Source: Chrysemys picta bellii
Lineage: Eukaryota
Reading direction: 5' to 3'
NCBI RefSeq assembly: GCF_011386835.1
Contig: NC_088810.1
Coordinates: 19,654,001 to 19,718,000 of the forward strand
Length of the DNA: 64,000 bases
How positions within the stretch are numbered: the stretch's first letter is position 1; the number at the start of each line of letters is the position of its first letter. Made by a program: the position numbers and the translations under genes. The notes beneath the pieces were generated by a model. The model saw nothing but the letters and a program-made list of their open reading frames with translations. It made no database searches and was not told where the DNA came from. This document shows, one piece after another, positions 25,877-40,725 of this stretch.

Positions 25877-27538
25877 TAACAGGAAACCTGAGATTTGAGC
25901 AAGGAATCTTGGAACACCCAGAAAATGTAACATCTGTGACTTGATGCTCTGGGCAGATTTCCTCATGCATACTTCCACAGACTTCTGTGTGAACTATGAT
26001 GGCTTATATTTTCATGAATCATAGAAATATAGGGCTGGAAGAGACCTCAAGAGGCCATTTACTCCATTCCCTTGTGCTGAGGCAGGATTAAGTAGACCTA
26101 GAACATCCCTAATAGGTGTTTCTCCAACCAGTTCTTAAAAGCCTCCAAGTTGATCTAGTGCAAGGGACCAGTGACCATTTCAATGTCTTTTGGACCACCA
26201 GGATCATCACTGAAGTCCGGCAATACCAGCTTTCCAAGAGCTACACCGTAGTATTTTCCTAGTTTCAGTAGTTGATGAGGTAACGGGTCTTCGAGGTCAC
26301 ACTTTGCATGCCTGTTGTATCTTGTACTTGTTGACTAGCATATTAGCCAGTCACCTCATAGGATCTAGGCAAATTTTGACCATGATTTCAATGCAAATGG
26401 TTTCATGCTCTTGGCACAAGACAGGGGACTGAATTTGACTTCCAAGTCCCTTCCAGCGCTACATTTCTATGATGATATGCTCTCTTTCGGTAGCATTTAG
26501 GATTGTAAGATTGTTTCATGGTTCACAGAGTAGTTTGGGTTCCATTAGGTGCTATCTGAATGCACAGTAAAAACTCATTCTGACCAAGTAGGATTTTGGC
26601 ACTAGGAAATTTAACATGCCTACCACCAAGGATATAAACAGGTACGGCTTTGTAATGCATCTGGCTTAAATAACGAGGCTGCACACAATAACAGGCTGAT
26701 CAGAGAAGCTCCACACCCCAAGAGTTCATCAGGCTTGAACACTGCAGGCTCAATAATGGAACGGAGTTGATCTTGCTCCAGGCCCGGTGAGCACCAGGAA
26801 GTCAGACACCGTTTTTGAAACAGCAAGGTGCAGTTATCGGTTACATTTTGATGGGGGCAGTGCCTTGAAAAATCTTAACAATATCCCCCCACCCCCATGC
26901 AGTTAGAGAAACTTTTTTGATGCTTTCTGGTCTAATTAGTCTTGTTTTTCAGAGGCTATCCCTATAAAAGTACACAGGATCCCAGATAGGTGGCAACCTT
27001 ATATTGACTGTAATATCTACGGCAGAGAAGTCACCATGTAATAAAATGCTCCTGTTTTTAAATCACATGCTCCACTTTTGTGTCATCAAGCCCTATTACA
27101 ATGAATTAGGGGAAGATTTTCAAAAGCTCTAAGGGATTTAGAGCACAAATCCCCTTGAAAGTTAATGGAGCTGGTGCCTAGTTCCCTTAGGATCCTTTGA
27201 CAATCCCATCTTGCAGGCATTCCAAGTAATACCACATGGAACCCACTATATTCCAGCAAGTTATTATACACCTTTATCTTCTGCAGAAGAAAAAGAAGAG
27301 AGACTATCTAGCCAACCTTTCGGGTTACTGGTAGTACCAGACATGGGTAGGCATTGAGTAAGCCAATCTTTCATTTTAGCTCACATAAAAGCAGTTCTAT
27401 ACAAGAGAGACATTTTTATATTTAAAAGAAACTTGGCCAGAATTGTAGGAAAGGGTGTGAAGTGCTTCTCCTGGAAGTGGAATAAGTTTGGAGTTAACAG
27501 GCCCTCAACAGTGGGAATGCTGAAAACATTAAGGACTA

Positions 27539-28048
<510 letters not shown>

Positions 28049-29064
28049 TCAGTTAAGGCCGACACACTCCAAAGTTCTCCCCGCGTATACGAAATGGCTG
28101 TTAAGTGGCAGTTGTTGTGAAGTGCTGGAAAGCTATTTTCTCAGACATCCTGAAGTCATTAGGAGTGTGTTTTTAAACCACAGCAAGCCCAGCCATACTG
28201 AAGGCAAAAAATTAAACTGGAAGTTGAAGTCAGCACATATTATGTGGACATGGAAATACCACCAACTGGATTGCCAACAAAATTAATTATCTTAAAACCA
28301 AAACACAGCCAGCCTTCTCTAAACACGAGGGCTACGCTGCAGGATGGGGAGGCAGTTCAGCTGCTGGAATTGTTTCTTTTGGATGCCTTCTTCAAACCAA
28401 GACTAGAGCATAACTCGGCCTTAAGCCACTGCAGGAAAGGAATCCGAAATGCAATCAGGACCCTGTGTGATTTTTGGACTTTAATCTTTCTGGTTAAGTA
28501 TTTGGGATTGGACCTTTTCCTTCGCAACAAAGGAAAGGCAGCGGCTATTGATCAAGCCTTATTAGTTTGGCTGCCAAACTTTTTTCTGAGCATCTTGGGA
28601 AGAGACACTGGGTCGAATTCAGAGCTGTATTAGGGATTGAAACGCTACTGAAGTTCATGGACTCTAGAATTCACACTGTAACCGTACTCAACTACTTAAC
28701 CCTGTGAAGAAGAAGGCATTTAACTTAAGGCAAATATTGCTATACAACAGTTATGCTAACACTTGCCAATTGCCTTAGATGCCATGTCTGCAACCTCACT
28801 ATTTGCAGAATCCCTATTAATTCCCTGCAGTGAGTATGTAATCCTGGGGTAACATAGCTAAAGCAAATCTCAAGCTAAAGACAACCACTGCACTTACCAT
28901 GTTGAACTAAGTTGGGTTGGATTTATCCCTCTACTATGGGTCCGGATCCATCTGTGCTTTGGGGCTCCCAGAAAATCTCCAGCACCCACCCCTCACAGCG
29001 AGGAATTTGATTCCATTAGAATGGGGACTTGAGGGAATTGATAGACTCCCCTCAGCCAGTTCTA

Positions 29065-29316
<252 letters not shown>

Positions 29317-29709
29317 TTAAGGACGCATATCAGGGAGAGAAATGGTCTTTTCATACCGCAAAAACTGAGCGCAGGAAACGGAGCCTGAGAAACTGGTTTT
29401 ACTGCTCCCCACTTGTGATTGCCGGTCTACAGAAACGGAGAGTCACTTGCACATTAACACCCATTGAGCTGTACCAATATGACAGCAGGGTCCCTCCCCA
29501 TGGAGCTGACAGTCCAATTCTGAGAATGGTCAACTTCAAGCAGAATTGTAGGTGCTCAGCACCTCTAGACCCAAGGTCTAATCTTGAGACACAACAGTCT
29601 AAACATACAGTGAGTGAGTTAAAAGGCAAGGCTTTTGGTAGTGAAATTTTTTCCTCTTAGAGAAAGCTGGTGGGGTGTGGGGTGGGAAGACCGAAAGGCT
29701 CTTGGAAGA

Positions 29710-29788
29710 GAAGTGGGCTGTAGTCCACGAAAGCTTATGCTCTAATAAATTTGTTAGTCTCTAAGGTGCCACAAGTACTCCTGTTCTT
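29710..29788 (+). mobile_element. Penelope-like terminal fragment (subfamily A)
   Basis: gaagtgggctgtagtccacgaaagcttatgctctaataaatttgttagtctctaaggtgccacaagtactcctgttctt. Confidence 0.75.
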
Positions 29789-32550
29789 ATTTTAAAGAAG
29801 GGATCTGAGTTAATAAGGGAAGAAATCAGCAATGTCTTTTTTCTAAAGGCAATCTATATTGGTAGTGATGTGTTTGCCCCTTGCTTGGGCCAATCAGCTG
29901 GGCTGTCAGTGTCCGGAATCTGACTGGATGCGATTCTTCAGACATTTAAGACCACAAAAGATTCTGCAGTGTTCAAGTGGCACGGTGCGGCAGGTGGCAG
30001 GGCTAATTAGAGCCAATAATAACCACACTGACCTGCCCTGGCACTAAGATGCCCAATAGAGATCACCTGTCCTTAAGTCAGACATTTCATGTCCAGTTTG
30101 AGATGGTCACGGTTTTATGGAGCGGCACAGAGGGCTCATTCAGAAAAGGCGTGGGCTGCCCAATTCAATCCTTCCCTAATTCCACTGACATTTGGGTGGG
30201 AATGGAGAGGCCTCGTTTATGAATCATGACGGTCTTTCTGAATGGGAGGAGGTATAATTGAATGGTGAATCACATACTAAAATAAGGAATATCATTTTTA
30301 GTAGAAGTGTTTTGTTTTTTCCCCCCATTCATGTCAGGAAGCCAGAGTCCAAAGCATTAACCCTGGCTTACTTTGGCAATTATGGTCCTTTCAGGATAAG
30401 AGCCAGTCTTTAACAGTCTTCTAGATGTTCCTTAAATAAGTAGAACATTTGCTATCCTAGATTCAAGCAGATATCCCGCCTCTGCCTGAGGACAATACCC
30501 CAATGCTTCAGGGAAGGCAAAAATCCCACTACGCACCCAACTAACTGTGCAGGGCTGCACATGGTGGAAAGATTGCTTCCGAACCTCTGTGGTGATAAGC
30601 GTGTGGCCAGAAGCATGAGATTCAATCACGCTTATCTTTGCATACGTGCAGGAATTACAAACATTATTCAGGATTCCCTGCAGCTATTTCACGTGCTGTG
30701 AGGGAAGAAGCATTTCCTTTTATTTGTTCTAAATTTATCTGCCCTTAACATTAGAGCAATTCCTCCTGCCACTGGAGGGATCCCACAGCTTCCATCAAAA
30801 TCCTGAGTCTGAAAATTCTCTCTAAGCTACTTTCTACACTAAATAGTTCTACGTTTTTGCGATATCTAGTTCTAGGAAAATCCTCTCCTAATCCATCTTC
30901 GTTATCCTTCTCTGGGCCTTTTCCAACCTCAGTTATCACTTTGAAATGAAGCAATGTACAAAATGAATTAGAGTAACATTTTGCGAACAAAAGAATGCTA
31001 CTGGAAAGAAGAGTTAGGCCCTTCCATGCGGAATCCTGCTAGAGAGTTATTCCGATTTCTTTTACAGAAAGACAGAACAAGCAAGAGGACTCCCCTGCTT
31101 ACAGAAATCCCCCCATGGGAATATGACAAGACGGAAGATCAGTTTGGTGACACAAAGAGTACCACGCTAGGTACTTCAAGCTATCCAGCTAAACATTTTA
31201 TTGGCCCACACACTGTACTGTAAGTAACACTTTAGGTTTTCAGCCATGCAGTTTTCAGGATAAGAGAACTAGCTTTATCTTATTGCCTCTAAAGTTATTA
31301 CTTTCATTAGCTTCCTGTAGAATGGAACCAACAAGATAGTTACCCGAAGTTTCTTACTAAAACATTTTGCCCGCCTGCCTCAGATGCAGTGTTTCAGGGA
31401 GTTAGTTAATAACGAGCACTTGGCTTGGATCACCTTCAAGTTTGGGGTATGGATTTTTCCTCAAACACACAACATGGGGGCAGTTTTAAACCCGAGAGTC
31501 ACAGGGAAACGTACACAATCTATGTGGTTCCTGGCCAGCGCTACAGCACACCAGCCAGAGCACGGAATTCAAACATGGGCAAGCAGATTCCCTTTCTACT
31601 GACAAGATAAATCATGCATATAATCCCCACGGGGAGACAGAGACAATGCCTTATTCAACAAACAGTTTGACACCCCGTTTGGCACAGGGCAACTGAATCT
31701 TTGCAGCTATCACCGAATACCAGCAACTTCGCAAATGAAAAACTGAAATTAAGCCACATCAAGCAGCATGAAAAGGCTGAAATCACCCCCCCTCGTTATT
31801 ATGAACATTCAAAACAATAAAAAGTTTGTTAATTTAGTTAAGACAAGAAACGGGATGCTGAGCGCCTAAGTGGAGGTAACAAGGAGACCATGTTTAGCCA
31901 GCGCGTGGGACTTGAGTTCTCAGTGAGAGACAAGCTCCTTTCTATGTTACACACTGCTTATTTGTTTTGCAGGGTGCTTTGTTAGCGACTGCTGGAGCAT
32001 TAGGTCTGGCAGCTGAGGGAGTATCCAAGAGGTTCTCTCTCAAGGACTGAAATCGGTGCTTCCAGCCCAACAGAGAATGGGGGCGATTTAAAAAGAGAGA
32101 GGAGAGAGTTAAACAAGTAACTGGAACTCGGCAAAGATACTTTAAAGAAAAAAACTGCAAGAGAAACTCAACAAGCCTGGTTGCTGTGAATGGAAAAAAA
32201 GACTAAAAAAAAATAATAGTATCAGAGCTTATGGTATTTCTTGAATAGTCTGTCTTTTCCCTTTCAGCAGTTACAGCTGAATAGCGCTAGGCCACACCAC
32301 CATGCATATTTATCAGGTAATAAGTGCTTAGCGAGTGGAGTGATCTTTCAGCCAATCGGACGGCAAAGAGCATTTGTTCACAGCGGCATACGGATTCTGG
32401 GGGGGGAAGACAACTTCCATCTTGTATTTGTTCTGGGTAGCAATCTTCAGCTCTTTGCCGGACTAGAGTTCTCAAAACGCAATCACCGATTCACCCCCAT
32501 CCTCCCAAAGAGGCCGTGCTTGAAATGGATGGATTCATATTGTTCAGAGT

Positions 32551-32674
32551 TAGGGTGACCAGATGTCCCGATTTTATAGGGACAGTCCTGATTTTGGGGT
32601 CTTTTTCTTAGATAGGCTCCTATTACCCCCCCACCCCCGTCCTGATTTTTCACATTTGCTGTCTGGTCGCCCTA
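32551..32674. mobile_element. hAT MITE
   Basis: TIRs TAGGGTGACCAGA / TCTGGTCGCCCTA; perfect 8-bp TSD ttcagagt; second copy at 56915. Confidence 0.85.
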
Positions 32675-34598
32675 TTCAGAGTTCTGCTGCTGCCATGTGA
32701 ATTAACAGGAGGAGGAGTGGGGAGACGGGAAAAATCAAAAGCCACAAGGGAAGAGGACTGGAGGTTCTGATCCAAACAGGATGTAAAATAACATCTGTTT
32801 TGCAAGCCAGAAGTTGGATGCGTATTTTGGCTGTGACCCTTTGAGAAACAACTGAAGATATTGAGTTGTCCAGTTTTCCATTAAAATATTAAAACTGTTA
32901 TGAGCAGGCCCAACCCTGCTCACAACATCTGATGACTAGGTTCGACCTGGAAACGTGTCATTAAGATCAACTTTTTGAAGACTCCTAGTGGCAGCCAGAA
33001 TACTACAGAAAAAGTAGTCATCTGAGACACTGCTTGACTGGGAGAGAGGGCCAACTGAATCAAATGGTACATTCATTTAGTGCGGAAATGATGGGTTGTT
33101 ATTAGCGCAAGGGACCACGTTAGGACAACTCAGTTATATTTGCTGCTGACTTGTTGTAAGACCCTGGAGGGTTGTTTTTGATCTATGCCTCAGTTTCCCT
33201 ATCTCTAACCAGAGATGTCACCAGGAGGTTGCCAGGTTTATTTTAATATTTAAAGTGCCCTAAGATCCTATTGGACTAGTAGTGAGAGAGCATATACATG
33301 GCTCTTTACAACCTTAGGACATGTTCCCACCCCCAGAACAGTTTATCGTATAAGTGAGACTGTGAAGCAAAGCAGAGCACTTGGGGTTTGAGAAGATACA
33401 AGAGTCTTGAAACGAAAAGGGAAGAAGATTGTTGGGATTTGACAGAACAGAGGGGCCGCGAGGCAGATGATGTATCAACTTCCATCTTGCATACAAGACA
33501 CCAGTATTTAGCCAAAGGAATTTTAACACATTTGAGAACTGCAGCCACTGGGTCAACAAGCTCTAACATTGACACTGGCAGCAAGTGGTCCAATCAAAAT
33601 CCCTGTTCAGCATTTATGACCATCACCCGTGAGGGAATGGGAAATGCCACGCACACATGCCCCCCATCCAGAGAAAAGCACTGAATCTACAGAGTACTAC
33701 ATGGAGCGAAAGCTTTTCTCCCTTTTCAAAACTTAACCCGTAGAAAAGCAGCAATTCCCACTTCGTTTTGTTACTTAAAGCCAGGCCAGGAAGAGATGTA
33801 GCCCAGTCACACATATATAGAGTGCTTTGGCCATCAGTCATATCAATTGTTTATTGCCTTGGAGCGTAGACCCCGGTCCCTGTATTGTGTATATGATAGC
33901 ACATCTGACTCGCATATTAAATAAGGAAGAATAAGTGATTCCACATGGTGCTGAAATGCTTCCAATGCATTCAACTCACATAACGTCTGCCAAGCATTTA
34001 TCAGTTAGGATGTGTACAACTGCATCTACTGGACCTGCCGCCACAACCGGAACTCGGGAACTCAAAACAGTTGCAGAGCATCTCCAGATGGGTGGGGAGA
34101 AGGATACTTTCCACCTTTGTGCCAGTAAAATCTGAGGTTTAATCCTCTTTACTGCTTCCACATTTCTTAAGAGGACCAGGTGGGATGTGCAGGAGACTCA
34201 GATTTGAGGCTTCCCTGGAGTGCTCTCATATGAATTGGGAGCATCTGAGGCAATACTTGGAGTCCTCGGGACGGGGTGTGGTTTAGTTAACACTCCCACA
34301 GCAGCCCACTTTAGTGCAGACATACAGTCTGAGGAGCTAGTCACTTCTTCCACTCACTGTTAGTGGTGAAAAGAACCGCCTGTAGCGGCAGGTAAGCTGA
34401 GCAGGGAGAGGGATGTTATGGAAAATACAGTCACTTAGAATGCAAGCAGGAGGGTGGGAAAAAAGGAAACCATCAGTATGCCCAGCAAAACACCCTTCAT
34501 AGCTGCCTGGTGGGTGTGAAAGAGCCTTTTGTCAGGCACTAACCAGAGAGTAAAGGTCTCATACACATGCTTAGGACCCAACCATTAACACACACAGA

Positions 34599-34766
34599 CA
34601 GGGCCGCCCAGAAGATTCAGGGGGCCTGGGGAAAAGCAATTTCGGGGGCCCCTTCCATAAAAAAAAAGTTGCAATACTATAGAATACTGTATTCTCGTGG
34701 GGGCCCCTGCAGGGCCCGGAGTCTGGGGCAAATTGCCCCACTTGCCCCTCCTCCCGGGCGGCCCTG
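34599..34766. mobile_element. hAT MITE
   Basis: TIRs CAGGGCCGCCC / GGGCGGCCCTG; perfect 8-bp TSD cacacaga. Confidence 0.85.
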
Positions 34767-35989
34767 CACACAGAGCTGTCAAACAAAACCTTACTCCTCT
34801 GATAAGGAGATTAGTAACTGGCGTACATTTATGCAGCAAGTTACAGAAGCACCATGAGTTTGAAACCTTCCCATCTTCAAACAGAATAAAGAATTGTTCC
34901 AGATCCTACACCTAACCCCCCTCCCCAACATTCCTGCCCCCCTGCCAGTCTTATAGTGACATTTACCTATTTTCTCCAGGCCTAAGTTTTCAAAGACTAG
35001 TGATTTCAATTGACCAACCTGAGACACATTAAAGGGACTCGATTTTCAGACACCAGATGGCTCAGCACTGTGTGAAATACAGGCCCTTTTAGGTGTCTCC
35101 GGCTGAGCACCCAGGCAACCCCCAAGTGAAAACAAAGGACAGGGGGAAAGAGTGCAACTGACATGATGCAAAGTATTATCAACTGCAGGAGGTGAAACAG
35201 AATGATCAGCTGTTTGCCGCAAGAGCTGTCCATTACCCTGATCTTCGGGACCACTTGTAACAAGAGAAAGGTTTTTTATTTATTTTTTAAAGAGACATTA
35301 TAAGAGAAGAGCAAACACATTAGCAATGTCTTCTGCTCACTTCCAATCCCCTAGTTCACCTCTGCCACATACATACATACATACATCCCTGAGTGTAAGG
35401 GCATCCCCAGCCCCTGGAGCCCCCCCGTTAGAAGTCAGGATGGAGTAGCAGGTCTCCTTCCTCACCTTTACTATATCCCCAAGTACAGGGAGTCCCCCCT
35501 CTGAAGGGCCGGCAGAGTGGGGGGGTCTCCCAGCTCCCCCCCTCTCACTTCAATAGTCACACTGCTTGCGGGGGACGGGGCCCACTCCCCAGGACAAGGT
35601 AGCCCCGCGGTGTGGGGTAGGAGATCCCGGCTCCAGCCGCTTCCCGGATCCATGTAATGGGCCTGGGGATCCCCAGTGTGTTTGTGGGGGGCTAGTCGGG
35701 ATCCCAGTCCTTGGGGCAGGGGGACGGTCCCCCCCCCACCCAGCCGGGCCCTAGTGCGGTGTACAAGGGGTTTAGCCCCCCAGGGTTGGGGGAGAGCTCA
35801 GATGGGGAGTGCCACTCACCGCAGCAGAGACCCCCGGCTCGGCCACAGCCCCGAGGGAGGGTCTCCATCGCCGGGGGGGGGGGTCCCAGCCCCCCTCCCG
35901 CAGCCCGGCTCCATCGCCGGGGGGGGGGTCCCTCGCACGGCGGGTGCCGGTCACCGGGGCGGGAAGGGGGGTCCCCCCGGTGCCCCTCA

Positions 35990-36358
<369 letters not shown>

Positions 36359-36389
36359 TCACCAGGCAAGCTGGGGGGGGGGGGGGGAT

Positions 36390-36870
36390 GGGCGGGCCTT
36401 GCAGGATGGAGAAGCCAATCGCAGCGCAGAGCCCCGGGGAAGAGGCGGGGGATTAGAAGAAATGGCCCAATCACCGAGCTGCTTCCCAAAGGAGTGGGCG
36501 GGGGGGCTGAAAGTGAGCCGTCCAATCAGAGCTCGTGTGCCCAGAGATGAAGAAGGAGAGAGGGTGGCCGAATCCAAAGAGAATATTCCCAAGAGAGGGC
36601 GGGGTTTGAAGGAGAGCTACCCAATCACAGCCCGGATCGCTAACGATGACTGAAGAGCGAACGAATCAAAAGGCAGATTATCAATTGAGGGGGCGGGGAC
36701 GTCTCTGGTCGCCCAACCAGTGGCCTGGCTGGATGAAAGTGGGCGGGGAATGAAAAATCTAGCCAATTAAATTACGCCTCACTGGAAAAAAGACGAGAAA
36801 TATGATAATACTCCAATCACAGCCCAGGTTGTGTTGTCAGGGGGCGGGGACTATGGGATTTAACCAATTA
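36390..36870 (-). promoter_or_regulatory. LIX1L promoter with a periodic GC-box/CCAAT array
   Basis: Seven exact CCAAT and seven GGCGGG motifs in repeating modules immediately upstream of the CpG island. Confidence 0.75.
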
Positions 36871-38290
36871 GAACCCACCTAGCTCCTGCTAGAGAAGGAC
36901 AGTCATGTTCTAGCGCAATGGATCCTGGGAGTGTGGCCAAGTGCAAGGAATTCTGGGAGTTTGGCCAAGTGCTGAGAATTTTGGTAGTGCGGCCACGGAT
37001 TCTGGGAAAGTGTGGCCCAGGGCAAAGGGTTCAAGCAGCCAGGACTCCTGGGTTCTATTCCAGTCGTTGGTTGCGGAGGGGAGATGATTAGGCTGGTCCC
37101 CACCACATCATGGCAGGGAGCACTCATGGGATCTTCCGTTCTTCCCACTTAACCTCCCTCACTATCTGCCATCTCATCTGCCCCCCTTAATTTAGACCCA
37201 CCCTCCCCATGATCAATCCCCAGCAAATGACTCCTTTCTCATTCACAAGCATCCAAACCCTTCTACACCCTCACAAGCCATGGGTCCCCTAAAGGCATGG
37301 CTGAGTGGGAAAGCAGCATCACCAGATGTTATTAATGTAACTGGATTATGTTGAATCAGCAGGAGGGCCCTGTTCCCCTCCTCACTTTCTCTCTCTTTTT
37401 TTTTTTTTTTCCTGTTAATGCCATTCAAAATATGTCATCCCCAGGACAAGCTAACAGAAGTGTCGTCAACGTGTGGGAAAAGATAGAGACCTCCGGTATG
37501 TGACAGAAGTAGTGATGATATGTTAAGCATGTGCTTAGGATAGGGTTTGCATTTGTGTTTGCTCTATCAAGTATCTGAACATTTTACAGGACTCTAAGAA
37601 TCAAATCACATTTAAATTGTATTTAATCTTCTATCTAAAATTTATATATCTAGATCTTTACACCATGTCAATTGCCTGAGTATCTGAGCACCTGTGTCTA
37701 TTTTTCCTCTCTAATGCTGGACAAGAGCCTCCTCCTTTGCAGCTCCCGCAGTCTGGAACAGCCCCACCCGTATCTTTCTGCTTCAGCGATTTTGCTTTCT
37801 GATCTCAGCTGAAAATGTCTCTCTTTTCTCACATCTTTCTGCTGTTATTTATTTAACTCTGAAGCGTGCTGGGATACCATGTATATGAAAGACACTGTAG
37901 AAAATAAAATGGTCTTTTATTGAAGTGTATTATAAGGGGCCCATGGAGTCGCAGAGAGAGAGAGGATCTGGAACAAATAGCCTTTATTCAGGGCTTGTAA
38001 TTAGATATAGTGCAGTGGAGTGAGCAGAAAGAATTAAGAATTGTTGTCCCTCTGCACTATGCTCTGGCTATCCCTTTTGTTTGGCAGGAGTTGGCAGTTG
38101 AAGCAAGCGAGGGCACCCACTGGCTCTCCTATGTTGTCACCACCGGGAATGGTTACTCAGCACGTTTTTAAATTAGAGCCTCTCAGCAGCAGCATGAAAG
38201 TGATAGAAAGAGACTTTGTGTGAAAGGGCGGAAGATGATCAGTAGAGTGACATGCAGGTTTTATTATGGTTGCCTTTAGATGACTACTGA

Positions 38291-38506
38291 CAGAGCCGGC
38301 TCCAGGCACCAGCTTAACAAGCAGGTGCTTGGGGCGGCCAAGGGAGAAGGGCAGCACCTGTGGCAATTCATGGGCGGCAGGTCCCTCACTCCCTCTAGGA
38401 GCGAAGGACCTGCCGCTGAACTGCTGCTGCCGATCGCGGCTTTTTTTTTTTTTCCCCAATTGCCACCGCCGATCGCGGGGTGGCAGAAATGCTGGAGCCG
38501 GCCCTG
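38291..38506. mobile_element. hAT MITE
   Basis: TIRs CAGAGCCGGCTCCAG / CTGGAGCCGGCCCTG; flanks actactga / actaccta (6/8). Confidence 0.7.
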
Positions 38507-38863
38507 ACTACCTAGGACAGGTGGCAACTGGACAGACAGTCTTGAAAACATACTCCTTTAGGGAGGGAACATTGTTCAGTGGTTAAAGCAAAGGGTCTGT
38601 GAATCGGGGTTCCTATTCCCAGTTTGAGGGGGGAGTCTGTCTAGTTGTGAGAGCAGGGGACTGGGACTCAGAACTCCTGGGTTCTGTTTCCAGCTCTGCC
38701 ATTGGCTTGCTGTGTAACCCTAACCCAAGTCACTTCCCCTCTTCCAGTGCCTCACTTTTCCCCTCTGTGAAATAGGGACAGTGATACTGACCTCCTTTCC
38801 AGGGAGGCTGTGAGCATGTTAATTCATTAATGTTAATAGAGCTGTGAGACCCTCCAACAGGAG

Positions 38864-39736
38864 ATAGAATCATAGAAGATCAGGGTTGGAAGGGACCTCA
38901 GGAGGTCATCTAGTCCAACACCCTGCTCAAAGCAGGACCAACACCGACTAAATCATTCCAGCCAAGGCTTTGTCAAGTCTGACCTTAAAAACCTCTAAGG
39001 AAGGAGATTCCACCACCTTCCTAGGTAACCCATTCCAGTGCTTCACCACCCTTCTAGTGAAAAAGTTTTTCCTAATATCCAACCTAAACCTCCCCCACTG
39101 CAACTTGAGACCATTACTCCTTGTTCTGTCATCTGGTACCACTGAGAACAGTCTAGATCCATCCTCTTTGGAACCCCCTTTCAGGTAGTTGAAAGCAGCT
39201 GTCAAATCCCCCCTCATTCTTCTCTTCTGCAGACTAAACAATCCCAGTTTCCTCAGCCTCTCCTCGTAAGTCATGTGCTCCAGCCCCCTAATCATTTTTG
39301 TTGCCCTCCGCTGGACTCTTTCCAATTTTTCCACATCCTTCTTGTAGTGTGGGGCCCAAAACTGGACACAGTACTCCAGATGAGGCCTCACCAATGTCGA
39401 ATAGAGGGGAATGATCACATCCCTCGATCTGCTGGCAATGCCCCTACTTATACAGCCCAAAATGCCATTAGCCTTCTTGGCAACAAGGGCACACTGTCGA
39501 CTTATATCCAGCTTCTCGTCCACTGTAACCCCTAGGTCCTTTTCTGCAGAACCGCTGCCTAGCCACTCGGTCCCTAGTCTGTAGCAGTGCATGGGATTCT
39601 TCTGTCCTAAGTGCAGGACTCTGCACTTGTCGTTGTTGAACCTCATCAGATTTCTTTTGGCCCAATCCTCTAATTTGTCTAGGTCCCTCTGTATCCTATC
39701 CCTACCCTCCAGCCTATCTACCACTCCTCCCAGTTT
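38864..39736 (-). mobile_element. 5'-truncated CR1 LINE (ORF2 C-terminus, 3' UTR and ATTCTATG-type tail)
   Basis: Uninterrupted KLGGVVD...LHLG...[11 protein letters not shown]...[11 protein letters not shown]-like...LDKALAGMI* frame (38948-39736); terminal ...cttctatgattctat. Confidence 0.95.
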
Positions 39737-40159
39737 AGGGAGTAAATTATTTACATTTAACTGTAAGGGTGTTATCATTTCCTCTGGGGGAGAAGTAAAG
39801 GGGACACAGATGTATTGTCTTGCGGGAGTTACACAGATGAGTCCCTGGCCATTGAGGGGTGCAAGGGGAGGCAGGGTGCTGAGTTATGAGGGGATTGGGG
39901 GTGCTGGGAGGTCATTGGGGGAAGAAGAGGTGCTGGATTGGGTGGACTGGAGGAGGGGGCGCTGATTTGGGGGACTGGGAGATACGAGCTAGGGGAAGGG
40001 GGCTCTGGTCCTGTCTGTAACAACAGGCAGGGAGCAGGCAGAGAAGGGGTGCGGGCCGGGGGCTACAGGGAGAACCGCTGCTGCCCTTCCTCTGCTGGGC
40101 TCTAGGGGGCGCAGCCATATCGCGTTGGGTGGTTTCTCCACGTTTGACCCCTGGGCGCC

Positions 40160-40200
40160 ACCGTTGCATTCCCGGAAGTGGTTGCAACCGTCTCGCCTGT
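40160..40200 (+). promoter_or_regulatory. Probable PEX11B core promoter (ETS site in a CpG island)
   Basis: CCGGAAGT at 40172-40179, flanked by an inverted GTTGCA/TGCAAC pair; CpG-rich; no ATG from 40141 to the PEX11B start at 40815. Confidence 0.5.
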
Positions 40201-40302
40201 GACCGGAGGGGACTTCAACACCCCCTCCCCTCAGGAACGGAGCGACCCGTCCTCCCCCGGCTTAGACTCCTGGACTAGAAGGCCGAGGGTGGGGGGGCCT
40301 CC

Positions 40303-40725
40303 GGCGGAGCTGCACCAGGAGGCCCAAGGAACCCCCCACCCGGTGGAGCTGCACCAGGAGGCCCAAGGCGGAGGGGCGCCAGGCGGAGCTGCCCCGGGAG
40401 GCCCAAGGCGGAGGGGCGCCTGGCGGAGCTGCACCGGGAGGCCCAAGGCGGAGGGGCGCCTGGCGGAGCTGCACCGGGAGGCCCAAGGCGGAGGGGCGCC
40501 TGGCGGAGCTGCACCGGGAGGCCCAAGGCGGAGGGGCGCCAGGCAGAGCTGCACCAGGAGGCCCAAGGAACCCCCGACCCGGTGGAGCTGCACCAGGAGG
40601 CCCAAGGCGGAGGGGCGCCAGGCAGAGCTGCACCGGGAGGCCCAAGGAACCCCCGACCCGGTGGAGCTGCCCCGGGAGGCCCAAGGCGGAGGGGCGCCAG
40701 GCGGAGCTGCCCCGGGAGGCCCAGG
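40303..40725. repeat. GC-rich 40-bp minisatellite, about 11 copies, two unit variants
   Basis: GCCCAAGG recurs at about 40322, 40361, 40401, 40441, 40481, 40521, 40561, 40600, 40640 and 40679; variant A ...GGCGGAGGGGCGCC, variant B ...GAACCCCCGACCC. Confidence 0.95.
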
